DNA from: a virus
Lineage: Duplodnaviria; Caudoviricetes
IMG/VR virus record: IMGVR_UViG_3300042923_000886
Coordinates: 1-54,063 of that record
DNA length: 54,063 bases
Reading direction: 5' to 3' (one strand)
Shown: positions 1 through 7,819 of the stretch, one piece after another
How the letters are laid out: each line of letters opens with the position of its first letter
Numbering within the stretch: position 1 is the stretch's first letter
Translations under genes and position numbers: made by a program
Notes under the pieces: model-generated
Database searches by the model: none
Seen by the model: the letters and a program-made list of their open reading frames with translations, nothing else
What the model was told of the DNA's origin: nothing

Positions 1-645
1 GCAAAGGAAGGAGCGGTAGTCAACGGGATTTCAGTCTACGGTGTTGCTTCTCTGTTGGAAGTGGTGCAGCTTCTGACGGGTACGACGGAAGAGAAACCGG
101 AGTATGTTGATATCAAACAACTTTTTGCTGCAGAGGATAAGGGAGTATACACTGATTTTGCAGAAGTAGCAGGGCAGAAGGCTGCTAAGCGTGCGATTGA
201 AATTGCGGTGTCCGGTATGCATAACATCCTTATGATCGGACCTCCCGGATCCGGTAAAACCATGCTGGCAAAACGCATTCCGACAATAATGCCGGAGCTT
301 ACCTTCGAAGAAAGTATGGAAATCTCAAAAATTTATAGTATCGCCGGTCTGATGGAACAACAGCCCTTAATCTCAAAGCGCCCCTTCCGTAGTCCGCATC
401 ATACAATCACGACAACAGCATTGGTTGGTGGAGGCAGTATACCAAAACCGGGGGAGATTAGTCTGGCTCATCTTGGTGTCCTCTTTCTGGATGAGCTTCC
501 TGAATTTCAGAAGAATACAATCGAGGTGTTGCGGCAACCACTAGAAGATAAGTCCGTCACCATAGCCAGGCTCAGTGCCTCTTATCGATATCCGGCAGGC
601 TTTATGCTGGTCGCAGCGATGAAACCATATGTAATACTTGCATAA
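1..645 (+). pseudogene. comM: 5' portion of host ComM/YifB Mg-chelatase-like AAA+ ATPase, interrupted by prophage (runs off left edge)
   Basis: Frame open from base 1; Walker [36 protein letters not shown]; the expected FMLVAAMNPCPCG reads [14 protein letters not shown]-stop. Confidence 0.93.
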
Positions 646-655
646 ATTAATCAAA
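600..655. other. attL junction (comM / prophage)
   Basis: comM similarity ends at ATGAA-A-CC (~619-627), immediately beside the 3' end of the serine integrase. Confidence 0.75.
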
Positions 656-2098
656 AAAGTAATTGATGAATTTCCAATATATTTTTATCCCGTTTTCTAA
701 TATTACTATTTTGCTGATTAGCATATTAACAAGATTCCGTTTTTCATCAGTGGTACCATTCCCAAATATGAGCTCTGCGGTTTTAATTATTTTTTTGCAT
801 TCTTCCACTGTCATAGATGGGGTTTTATGCGCTTCCAATTCAGACAGTTCATTTTCAAGTTGACTACGTTCTTTATGCAGCGGTTCGATTCTGCTACTGA
901 TATCATATAGAGATATTGTACCTAATTGATATAGATCCATTAACTTATTTATTTGCTTGTTGATCTCTGAAATTCTGTTACTAATAATTGGAGTCTTATC
1001 ATCAGGTGAGTACTTCTGCTTTTGATGCATCTTTTCAATTTTATTTGGGTTTAATGCCAGGTCCATTATTTCTTTTATAACTATATTATCAAGGAAGTCT
1101 TCTCTGTAATTCGGATTTTTACAATAATCAATTTTCTTCATTTCTTTGTTTCCGTCTCTCGAGTAGCAAACATAGTAATAGTAAGTTCCAACCTTTTTAC
1201 TCATGGTGCATTTGGTAAAATATCTAGCACCGCAATTGCCGCAAAATAGCATTCCTGATAATAAATGTTTACCCTTATACGGGGACTTTTGCGAGCTTGT
1301 TAAACCACGCTCCATTTCAGTGTATCTCCTTTGCGCGTTGATAAATATTTCTTCGGATACAATTGGTTTATGTCGCCCTTGATATTCTTGTCCTTTGTAT
1401 TTTATCTTACCAATGTAAAGATTGTTTCTTATGATTTGTCCGACAGTAGCATGATTATTCCATCCAGAATACTTATTACTATATTTTGAACGCATAATAC
1501 CAGTTATACCATGAATAGTGTTTCCTTGTAAAAACAAATCAAAAATTTCACGAACTTGCATTGCTTCGTACTCGTTAATTACAAGTTCACCATCAATGAA
1601 GTCATATCCGATAGGAGCTCCACTACCACCGTGCCAATAGCCATCTTTAGCCCTGCCTATATGTCCCATAGCCATTCGCTCTTTTATTTGTTCACGTTCC
1701 AATTGAGCGAATACAGAGAGAATTCCAATCATTGCTCTTCCGAATGGGGTAGAGGTGTCAAAGTTTTCGTTCATTGAAACAAAATCTACACTATTTTTCA
1801 AAAATACATCTTCGATTAAATAAAGTGTATCTTTTTGAGAACGAGACAAACGATCGAGCTTATAAACCAGTACTAAATCTATGTTTCCTGAAAGTATATC
1901 AGACAACATCTTAGAAAGTGCGGGGCGGGTAATGTTGCTTCCGGAATAACCAGGATCAGCATATACATTCACAGCGACCCATCCCTTGGCCTCACAGTAT
2001 TTTTTTAATCGTTCGGTTTGCATTGGTATTGAATATCCTTCCTCCGCTTGTTCTTGAGTAGATACCCTGATATATATTGCCACTCTTGTTCTGTTCAT
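647..2098 (-). CDS. int: Large serine recombinase (integrase 1)
   Basis: YIRVST catalytic Ser, KLDRLSR, recombinase domain, CGNCG Zn ribbon, coiled coil; RBS GGAGG. Confidence 0.95.
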   Translation of the reverse strand: MNRTRVAIYIRVSTQEQAEEGYSIPMQTERLKKYCEAKGWVAVNVYADPGYSGSNITRPALSKMLSDILSGNIDLVLVYKLDRLSRSQKDTLYLIEDVFLKNSVDFVSMNENFDTSTPFGRAMIGILSVFAQLEREQIKERMAMGHIGRAKDGYWHGGSGAPIGYDFIDGELVINEYEAMQVREIFDLFLQGNTIHGITGIMRSKYSNKYSGWNNHATVGQIIRNNLYIGKIKYKGQEYQGRHKPIVSEEIFINAQRRYTEMERGLTSSQKSPYKGKHLLSGMLFCGNCGARYFTKCTMSKKVGTYYYYVCYSRDGNKEMKKIDYCKNPNYREDFLDNIVIKEIMDLALNPNKIEKMHQKQKYSPDDKTPIISNRISEINKQINKLMDLYQLGTISLYDISSRIEPLHKERSQLENELSELEAHKTPSMTVEECKKIIKTAELIFGNGTTDEKRNLVNMLISKIVILENGIKIYWKFINYFFD

Positions 2099-2121
2099 TC
2101 GAAAACCTCCAAGAAGATAAT

Positions 2122-2598
2122 TTATTCGGTGTATTTGGGGACAAATGTCAGTTCAATAATTCTGTTAATAGCTTCCCGCTTTCCTTCGTTATTTAGTTTT
2201 TGAAACTCGATAAGTAACTCGAAATCAATGCTTTCAAATTTAATATTATCAGACAGTTTTTTCATGATAAATTCATTTGCAATATCAGTACCGTTATGCT
2301 CGGATTCATATAATGCTTGAAGCACCGGACTTTCATCTGATTGGGGCATTGTATTTCGCTCTTTAGGAACATCGTAGCCCATCAGCCATGCTTCGCTAAC
2401 ATCTAATGCCATCCCTAAAATAGATAGAGTTCGCTGACTAGGAATAACCTTCCCGGCTACATATTGGCTTAAATAATTTTTGGTGAGCTTTACATCGTAT
2501 TTTTTACAAAAAGGTTCACATTTTTTGATAATGTCGACCTGCTTTAGATTACGATCCTCCATAAGTTTCTTAAGCCTAATAGACGTGTTCTCTTTCAT
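2122..2598 (-). CDS. XRE-HTH prophage repressor (CI-like), no S24 peptidase domain
   Basis: RLKKLMEDRNLKQVDI...LSQYVAGK...ALDVSEAWLMGYDVP; divergent from cro. Confidence 0.85.
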   Translation of the reverse strand: MKENTSIRLKKLMEDRNLKQVDIIKKCEPFCKKYDVKLTKNYLSQYVAGKVIPSQRTLSILGMALDVSEAWLMGYDVPKERNTMPQSDESPVLQALYESEHNGTDIANEFIMKKLSDNIKFESIDFELLIEFQKLNNEGKREAINRIIELTFVPKYTE

Positions 2599-2644
2599 AA
2601 TTTACAATTTCTCCTTATTATTAATGTCTGTATTATAAAGCATA

Positions 2645-3010
2645 TTGAACAAAAGTTCAATAGAAAAGTGATAAAATGTTCTATTAAATTGAATTTAGGT
2701 ATTGCGATATAATTCGACATGTGATATATTCATATTAGTTCAACGAGATAGAACTTAATATTAACCAATTTGGAGGTGATTAAATGAAATATGATTACAG
2801 TAAGTTAAATGGTAAAATCACAGAGAAATACGATAAACAATACGCATTTGCTATTGATATGGGGTGGTCTGAGAGAACGTGTTGTTTAAAACTAAATAAT
2901 AAAGTACAGTGGAAACAATCTGAGATTCTTAAAGCATGTAAGCTGTTGGATATCGAAGAACATGAAATATGTACATATTTTTTTGCTATAAAAGTTCTAT
3001 AGTGTAGAAC
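2645..3010. promoter_or_regulatory. Lysis/lysogeny switch operators GTTC-N9-GAAC (2678-2694, 2738-2754, 2994-3010) plus GAAC-N4-GTTC palindrome (2647-2658)
   Basis: Repeated palindromes in the cI-cro intergenic region and at the end of cro. Confidence 0.65.
2784..3002 (+). CDS. Cro-like HTH protein (DUF739-type)
   Basis: YDYSKLNGKITEKY...KLNNKVQWKQSEI...YFF; RBS GGAGGT. Confidence 0.85.
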   Translation: MKYDYSKLNGKITEKYDKQYAFAIDMGWSERTCCLKLNNKVQWKQSEILKACKLLDIEEHEICTYFFAIKVL

Positions 3011-3055
3011 TTATTGCATTTCAATATTAATTTTTGGCAGACTGGAGATCATAAA

Positions 3056-3220
3056 ATGAAAGATCAAGTTAAATCTAAAGATATTCTTCCACCTGGTTTC
3101 AAAATAATCCACGTTCTGCCTGATGGGACGGAGGTAGAAAGTATTAAAGGGATGTGTATTCCTTACTTATCTGAAACCAAATTAATATATGAACTTGCTG
3201 CAAAATATGCACAACAATGA
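3056..3220 (+). CDS. Small phage early protein
   Basis: IIHVLPDGTEVESIKG; RBS GGAG; directly after cro. Confidence 0.6.
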   Translation: MKDQVKSKDILPPGFKIIHVLPDGTEVESIKGMCIPYLSETKLIYELAAKYAQQ

Positions 3221-3249
3221 ATTAACTACTTAAGAAAGGAGAAATACCT

Positions 3250-3444
3250 ATGTGGATATCAAAGAAGAAGTACCAGGCATTAGAGAAGAGAATTGATGAC
3301 ATTGAAGCAAGACAAACGGTTTGTTCATTTGAATTTGGAAGTGAAGAAAAGACCATTAATCAGTTGCGAGCCGAAAATGGTCTTTCCGAGATAGCAGGTG
3401 GTGACGAGGTACTTATTACCAAAGCTCAATCTGATAACAACTGA
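3250..3444 (+). CDS. Hypothetical phage protein
   Basis: RBS AAAGGAG; MWISKKKYQALEKRI coiled coil. Confidence 0.65.
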   Translation: MWISKKKYQALEKRIDDIEARQTVCSFEFGSEEKTINQLRAENGLSEIAGGDEVLITKAQSDNN

Positions 3445-3745
3445 TTTTTGGGTTTGGTGTACCAACATCTTTCGCGTTAATTAAAGCCTCGTATTTCATT
3501 TTTAAAATGCTACACGCATTAGGGACCATGTCATTAAGGAAATCGATTGTTACATCAATATTCATAATCTTGTTTAACGAATGAGCCAACTCAACTGAAT
3601 AGATTTTATTAAAGTTTTCACCTATGAACAGCATGTCATATTTGTTCATGAGCGCCTTTAAGTCAGCTTCGGATGGATTGTTTCCAAGGCTTAGACTTTC
3701 AAGAGATAACGTTTTTAATATTTCAACAAGTTTTAACGTATCCAT
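3416..3745 (-). CDS. Leftward accessory protein with own promoter
   Basis: RBS AAAGGAG, extended -10 TGGTATAAT upstream on - strand; 3' end overlaps the preceding gene. Confidence 0.7.
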   Translation of the reverse strand: MDTLKLVEILKTLSLESLSLGNNPSEADLKALMNKYDMLFIGENFNKIYSVELAHSLNKIMNIDVTIDFLNDMVPNACSILKMKYEALINAKDVGTPNPKISCYQIELW

Positions 3746-3837
3746 GTATTTTCTCCTTTCCTTTATATTTCGCTCCCAAGCGATAAGGAGATTATACCAC
3801 TTATTACCATAATTCTACAAGAGGGGAGGGACAAGTA

Positions 3838-4053
3838 TTGAGTCTTGAAAAACTAAAGTTAAAACTAGAGGGATTGGCTGCCTCTGTTCTGTTGGGTGGA
3901 TCTTTCTTGTACATATATGGTCAGTATGGCTGCCTAGAACTGGATACGATAACACCCACGCAATTTGCTTTTAGAACAGGTGCAGCACTTATTGTACTAG
4001 GATTTGTTGCGTGGTTTATCAATCGTCATTTTGTGGATGGAGAGTGGTTGTGA
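3838..4053 (+). CDS. Small two-TM membrane protein
   Basis: Two hydrophobic segments; RBS GGAGG. Confidence 0.6.
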   Translation: MSLEKLKLKLEGLAASVLLGGSFLYIYGQYGCLELDTITPTQFAFRTGAALIVLGFVAWFINRHFVDGEWL

Positions 4054-4214
4054 TGGCGAGGGTTGATAATCCAGTATATGCAGTGTGTATTTACTGCCAT
4101 AAAAGAAACAACATAAGCAAGGAGCAAAAGATACCAAGAGGTGGATATGTTTGTTACAAGTACAAATGTCAAATGAAAAAGGCCATAAGGAGCGGCAACT
4201 CACTTAAGGCCTAG
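4053..4214 (+). CDS. Small Cys-rich (Zn-ribbon-like) protein
   Basis: CIYC...YVCYKYKC; TGATG coupling to upstream gene. Confidence 0.5.
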   Translation: MARVDNPVYAVCIYCHKRNNISKEQKIPRGGYVCYKYKCQMKKAIRSGNSLKA

Positions 4215-4262
4215 AGCAAATAAACTTAAGTGCATGATAGCACAAATTACGATGGAGGTCAA
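4176..4262 (-). ncRNA. Putative ~50-nt antisense RNA (promoter plus terminator) upstream of the Spo0A-like gene
   Basis: - strand TTGACC-17-TATCAT with TG; hairpin 4181-4211 followed by U-tract. Confidence 0.45.
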
Positions 4263-4268
4263 TTTATT

Positions 4269-4772
4269 ATGGATAAGAAAATTGTAGAAGTACTAAAAGA
4301 ACTTGGAGTGCCGATGGGTAATCTCGGATTTAAGTACATAAGAGAGGCTATGTATATTCTCAATATTGATCCTAAACAGATAGATGGGATCACGAAGCCA
4401 GGAGGATTGTATTTCACTATAGCAAAGAAATATGGATCAGTTCCGACTAGGGTTGAGAGAGCAATCCGACATGCGATTGAAAGTAGCTTCCTTCATGTAG
4501 ATGTAGATGTTATCCGGAATTACTTTGGTAATACAGCAGATCTAAGCAATGGAAAATTAACGAACCGTAACTTTCTGGCTGCTTTGGCCTATGCGATCAG
4601 TGAGGATAAGCCATCAACAATAGCATTAGATAAGCATGAAATAATAAAGAATAATGATGATAAATCATGCGCTCTTTGCGGAGCTGGACATAAGCTCGTT
4701 AAAGTAGATGATCGTTATCTATGTATGGTATGCCTTCATAAAGCAAATTTAAGTTTAACTGAAAATATTTGA
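4269..4772 (+). CDS. Spo0A C-terminal DNA-binding domain protein with C-terminal CxxC/CxxC Zn ribbon
   Basis: LGVP..LGFKYIREA, LYFTIAKKYGSVPTRVERAIRHAIE; no receiver domain; CALC...CMVC. Confidence 0.88.
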   Translation: MDKKIVEVLKELGVPMGNLGFKYIREAMYILNIDPKQIDGITKPGGLYFTIAKKYGSVPTRVERAIRHAIESSFLHVDVDVIRNYFGNTADLSNGKLTNRNFLAALAYAISEDKPSTIALDKHEIIKNNDDKSCALCGAGHKLVKVDDRYLCMVCLHKANLSLTENI

Positions 4773-4789
4773 TATTAAGGAGGAACGTT

Positions 4790-5185
4790 GTGGAAAAGAA
4801 ATTAGCATCATCTGAAATACAGAACGGTGCCTGCAAGTTTTGCGGTCAGATGTATCCGATCGAGACTAGTGGTCTAGCCAGAGAAGAAGATTTGAATGAA
4901 TGGGCTACAGAAAAATGTGATTGCACAAGAGCGATGGATTATTCCAGACGTAAAAATTCTGTTGCGAAGGCAAAAGAGAAAATTGAGCAGTTATTCGGGG
5001 CTAGTCATGGTGGAGAGAATATTGTGTTTCTTCTCAATACGGGATTGGATGCGATTATTGCAGAGAACATTGATGAGATAAGTATTGATCTCGGTCATGG
5101 TTGTAAAGCAAAGGTATCTCAAAATTCGAAGGGTAATATCAAGGTTGAGAGAACAGATACCAGAAAAGTTAAATATGAACAATAG
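4790..5185 (+). CDS. Hypothetical Zn-binding phage protein
   Basis: GACKFCGQ...CDC; RBS AGGAGG before GTG. Confidence 0.7.
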   Translation: MEKKLASSEIQNGACKFCGQMYPIETSGLAREEDLNEWATEKCDCTRAMDYSRRKNSVAKAKEKIEQLFGASHGGENIVFLLNTGLDAIIAENIDEISIDLGHGCKAKVSQNSKGNIKVERTDTRKVKYEQ

Positions 5186-5196
5186 GAGGAAATAGG

Positions 5197-5865
5197 ATGC
5201 TAAACAATAAGGTACATTTGATAGGAACTGTATGCTCTCCGTTTGAGTACAGCCACACAGTATGCGGAGAAGATTTCTATATTGCATACATAAGCACTTT
5301 AAGAATGAGTGGTGCTGCAGATGTTCTGCCGGTTATGGTATCGGCAAGAACGGTAGATGTAAAGAATGATATGACAGATTATCGTATTGAGGTAATTGGA
5401 TCATTCCGGAGTTATAACAGACATGATAAAGATGGAAGTAGGAATTCATTAGTACTTTACATATGGACTGAAGTATTCAGAGAGACAGATGCATACGACT
5501 ACAATGCCATTGAAATTGATGGTTATCTCTGTAAGGCACCTGTATATAGAAAAACTCCATTAGGCAGGGAAATCACGGATTTATTAGTAGCGGTCAACCG
5601 GCCGTCATATAGCAAGTCTGATTACATACCTGCAGTATCCTGGGGACGGAATGCATTATATGTGTCATCCTTCAGAACCGGCGATCACATAGCATTAAAG
5701 GGTAGAATTCAGAGCCGTGGTTATATCAAAATCGTTAACGGGGCTCCGGAACAAAGAACTGCTTATGAGGTGTCTGTACTTACTGTATTTGATGGGGTGA
5801 ATGATTATGGGCGAAAGGAAACAGATCAACCAGTCGAAGTTAATGAAATTGATATTGAACAATAA
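5197..5865 (+). CDS. ssb: Single-stranded DNA-binding protein (tandem OB-fold clostridial type)
   Basis: NNKVHLIG, YRKTPLGREITDLLVAVNR..KSDYIP, GRIQSR, AYEVS. Confidence 0.9.
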   Translation: MLNNKVHLIGTVCSPFEYSHTVCGEDFYIAYISTLRMSGAADVLPVMVSARTVDVKNDMTDYRIEVIGSFRSYNRHDKDGSRNSLVLYIWTEVFRETDAYDYNAIEIDGYLCKAPVYRKTPLGREITDLLVAVNRPSYSKSDYIPAVSWGRNALYVSSFRTGDHIALKGRIQSRGYIKIVNGAPEQRTAYEVSVLTVFDGVNDYGRKETDQPVEVNEIDIEQ

Positions 5866-5967
5866 AAAAATAAGCCCGTCCTCTCCATCAAAGAGGGCGG
5901 GCAAGTCAGCAGATATGCTAACTAAAATCTTCAATTAAATAGTAGCATATCCATGGCTAAAAGTCAA
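5864..5967 (-). ncRNA. Putative countertranscript (ctRNA) upstream of rep1
   Basis: - strand TTGACT-17-TACTAT with TG; two hairpins; GC-rich terminator plus U-tract; conserved copy at 43585-43685. Confidence 0.6.
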
Positions 5968-6033
5968 TAAAATCAAGGGGTTTAGGCTCCTTTGAATAAC
6001 ACTCTAAGTATATTAAAGTTAGGTGAGTCGGAT

Positions 6034-6849
6034 ATGCCATATAGGAAAGATAAATGGACATTCCCTAACTCCAATGAGTATGAGTATAAGTACGCAGGTA
6101 ACTATGGAGCAAAGGGAGAGAAACGATCACCAAAGAGGAAAGCAACCCCGGAGCAGATCCAGAAGCAGAACCAATACAACCGGGAGAAAAAGACCAGAAG
6201 AGAAATCAAGGCGAATTTTGCACCGGAGGATTTATGGGGCACATTCAAATATCCCAAAGGAACTAGAAAACCATTAGAAGAGATTGAAAAGGATATTAAA
6301 TATTTCCATGACAAAATGAGAAAGATTTATAAAAAGCATGGGGAAGTCTACAAATTCATTATTCGATTTGAAATCGGTGAGCATGGAGGAATACATATCC
6401 ACATTCTGATCAATAGACCGCGAAGCATTCCAAATGTTGACCTATTGATACAAGAGATCTGGAAGTTCGGAAGAGTAAACTTCCAATCACTCTATGAATA
6501 CGGTGGATACCAGAAGCTTGCTAACTACATAGTAAAGAAACCGAATAAGGAGCAGGAGAAGCAGCTGAGCCTATTCGAGGAAGAGGATAAAAAGAAATTA
6601 GTCAAATATTCCTCTTCTCGTAACCTCATCCGGCCAGAGCCGGAGCGAAAAGAATATAGACGATGGACTATGCAGAAATTAGTTGAGAATGGTCCGAAAC
6701 CGACACCTGGTTACTATATCGATAAAGACTCAATCCGATACGGTGTAAACGAATATACAGGAATGTCATATTACCAATACACCGAATGTCGGATAAATGA
6801 GATCAAAAGTAGGAGCAGTCCAGAATGGATAGCTTGGGAAGGAGAATAA
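6034..6849 (+). CDS. HUH-superfamily rolling-circle-type replication initiator
   Basis: Motif I TFKY, motif II HIHILI, motif III LANYIVK; lies between ssb and the RNase H-like gene. Confidence 0.72.
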   Translation: MPYRKDKWTFPNSNEYEYKYAGNYGAKGEKRSPKRKATPEQIQKQNQYNREKKTRREIKANFAPEDLWGTFKYPKGTRKPLEEIEKDIKYFHDKMRKIYKKHGEVYKFIIRFEIGEHGGIHIHILINRPRSIPNVDLLIQEIWKFGRVNFQSLYEYGGYQKLANYIVKKPNKEQEKQLSLFEEEDKKKLVKYSSSRNLIRPEPERKEYRRWTMQKLVENGPKPTPGYYIDKDSIRYGVNEYTGMSYYQYTECRINEIKSRSSPEWIAWEGE

Positions 6850-6853
6850 GAAG

Positions 6854-7282
6854 GTGGAAGTAACAATCTACATAGATGTATATCATACCGGCAACTTAAA
6901 AAACGGTACTGGCACATATAACATCATGCTCGAATACATAGCTCCGGATGGAGCACCAAGGACCAGAGAATATTATGAATGTCTTAAAAATACATCAAAG
7001 AACAGGACAGCCATAAAAGCATGCATCTCAGCTCTGAGCCATATGAAAAAGACCTGCAGTATTAGGATCATCACCAATTCTCAATTTGTAGTAAACTCCA
7101 TGAACCAGAATTGGGATAAGCAGAAAAACGCAGATTTGTGGCAGCAGTTGTTGATGGCCATGTCAGAACATAATGTCACCTTCGAGTACTCCTTCAGTAA
7201 CCAATATTCAACCTATATGTTTATGGCTGCCAAGAGAGCCAATGTCATATTTACGGAGGATGCGTATGAAAATAACTTGTAG
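6854..7282 (+). CDS. RNase H-fold protein, catalytically degenerate
   Basis: VTIYID, TSKNRTAI.A...AL, ITNSQFV, KNADLWQQL. Confidence 0.8.
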   Translation: MEVTIYIDVYHTGNLKNGTGTYNIMLEYIAPDGAPRTREYYECLKNTSKNRTAIKACISALSHMKKTCSIRIITNSQFVVNSMNQNWDKQKNADLWQQLLMAMSEHNVTFEYSFSNQYSTYMFMAAKRANVIFTEDAYENNL

Positions 7283-7484
7283 TGAAGAAGAAGCCAAGAT
7301 CCTAATCACCAAATGCAATCAGGAACAGTGTGAATTTTGCTTTTTATACGAATGCTGCCGGTTGAATGATAATAAAGGATCCATCATTAGTTTGATTGAA
7401 ATTGAGAAGCCGGTAGAAATAGAACTTCCAGAAGGATGGGTGAGAGGAACATGGCCGGAGAGAGGAAGGGTACATATATGGTAA
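7266..7484 (+). CDS. Small Cys-rich protein
   Basis: RBS GGAGG; CEFCFLYECC. Confidence 0.55.
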   Translation: MKITCSEEEAKILITKCNQEQCEFCFLYECCRLNDNKGSIISLIEIEKPVEIELPEGWVRGTWPERGRVHIW

Positions 7485-7819
7485 AGCCAAAATATTTGTA
7501 TGATATTTACGATGCAATAGAAAAAGATTATATGGTGAAGGATGCACTCAGTTGCGAGGTAACAGAGTTCATTGATATGCCTCATGAGTGTATTTCCAGA
7601 TATGCTAGAACAGGATCTCTTTACCTTGGAAGGTATCGTTTGGAGAGAAAAGATATTGAGGATGGAAAGTATAGGGAAAAAGTAAAGGAAGATATTCCTG
7701 AATACCTTATGAATGAATTCAATGCGGTGGTTGCAGATCTAAGATGGAAATGTAGTCCAGAGAAATTAAGTAAAATAACAATCACAAAAAGGTATGTTGA
7801 AGCCGGAGGTACATTATGA
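7478..7819 (+). CDS. Hypothetical phage protein
   Basis: Coupled ORF in early operon. Confidence 0.6.
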   Translation: MVKPKYLYDIYDAIEKDYMVKDALSCEVTEFIDMPHECISRYARTGSLYLGRYRLERKDIEDGKYREKVKEDIPEYLMNEFNAVVADLRWKCSPEKLSKITITKRYVEAGGTL

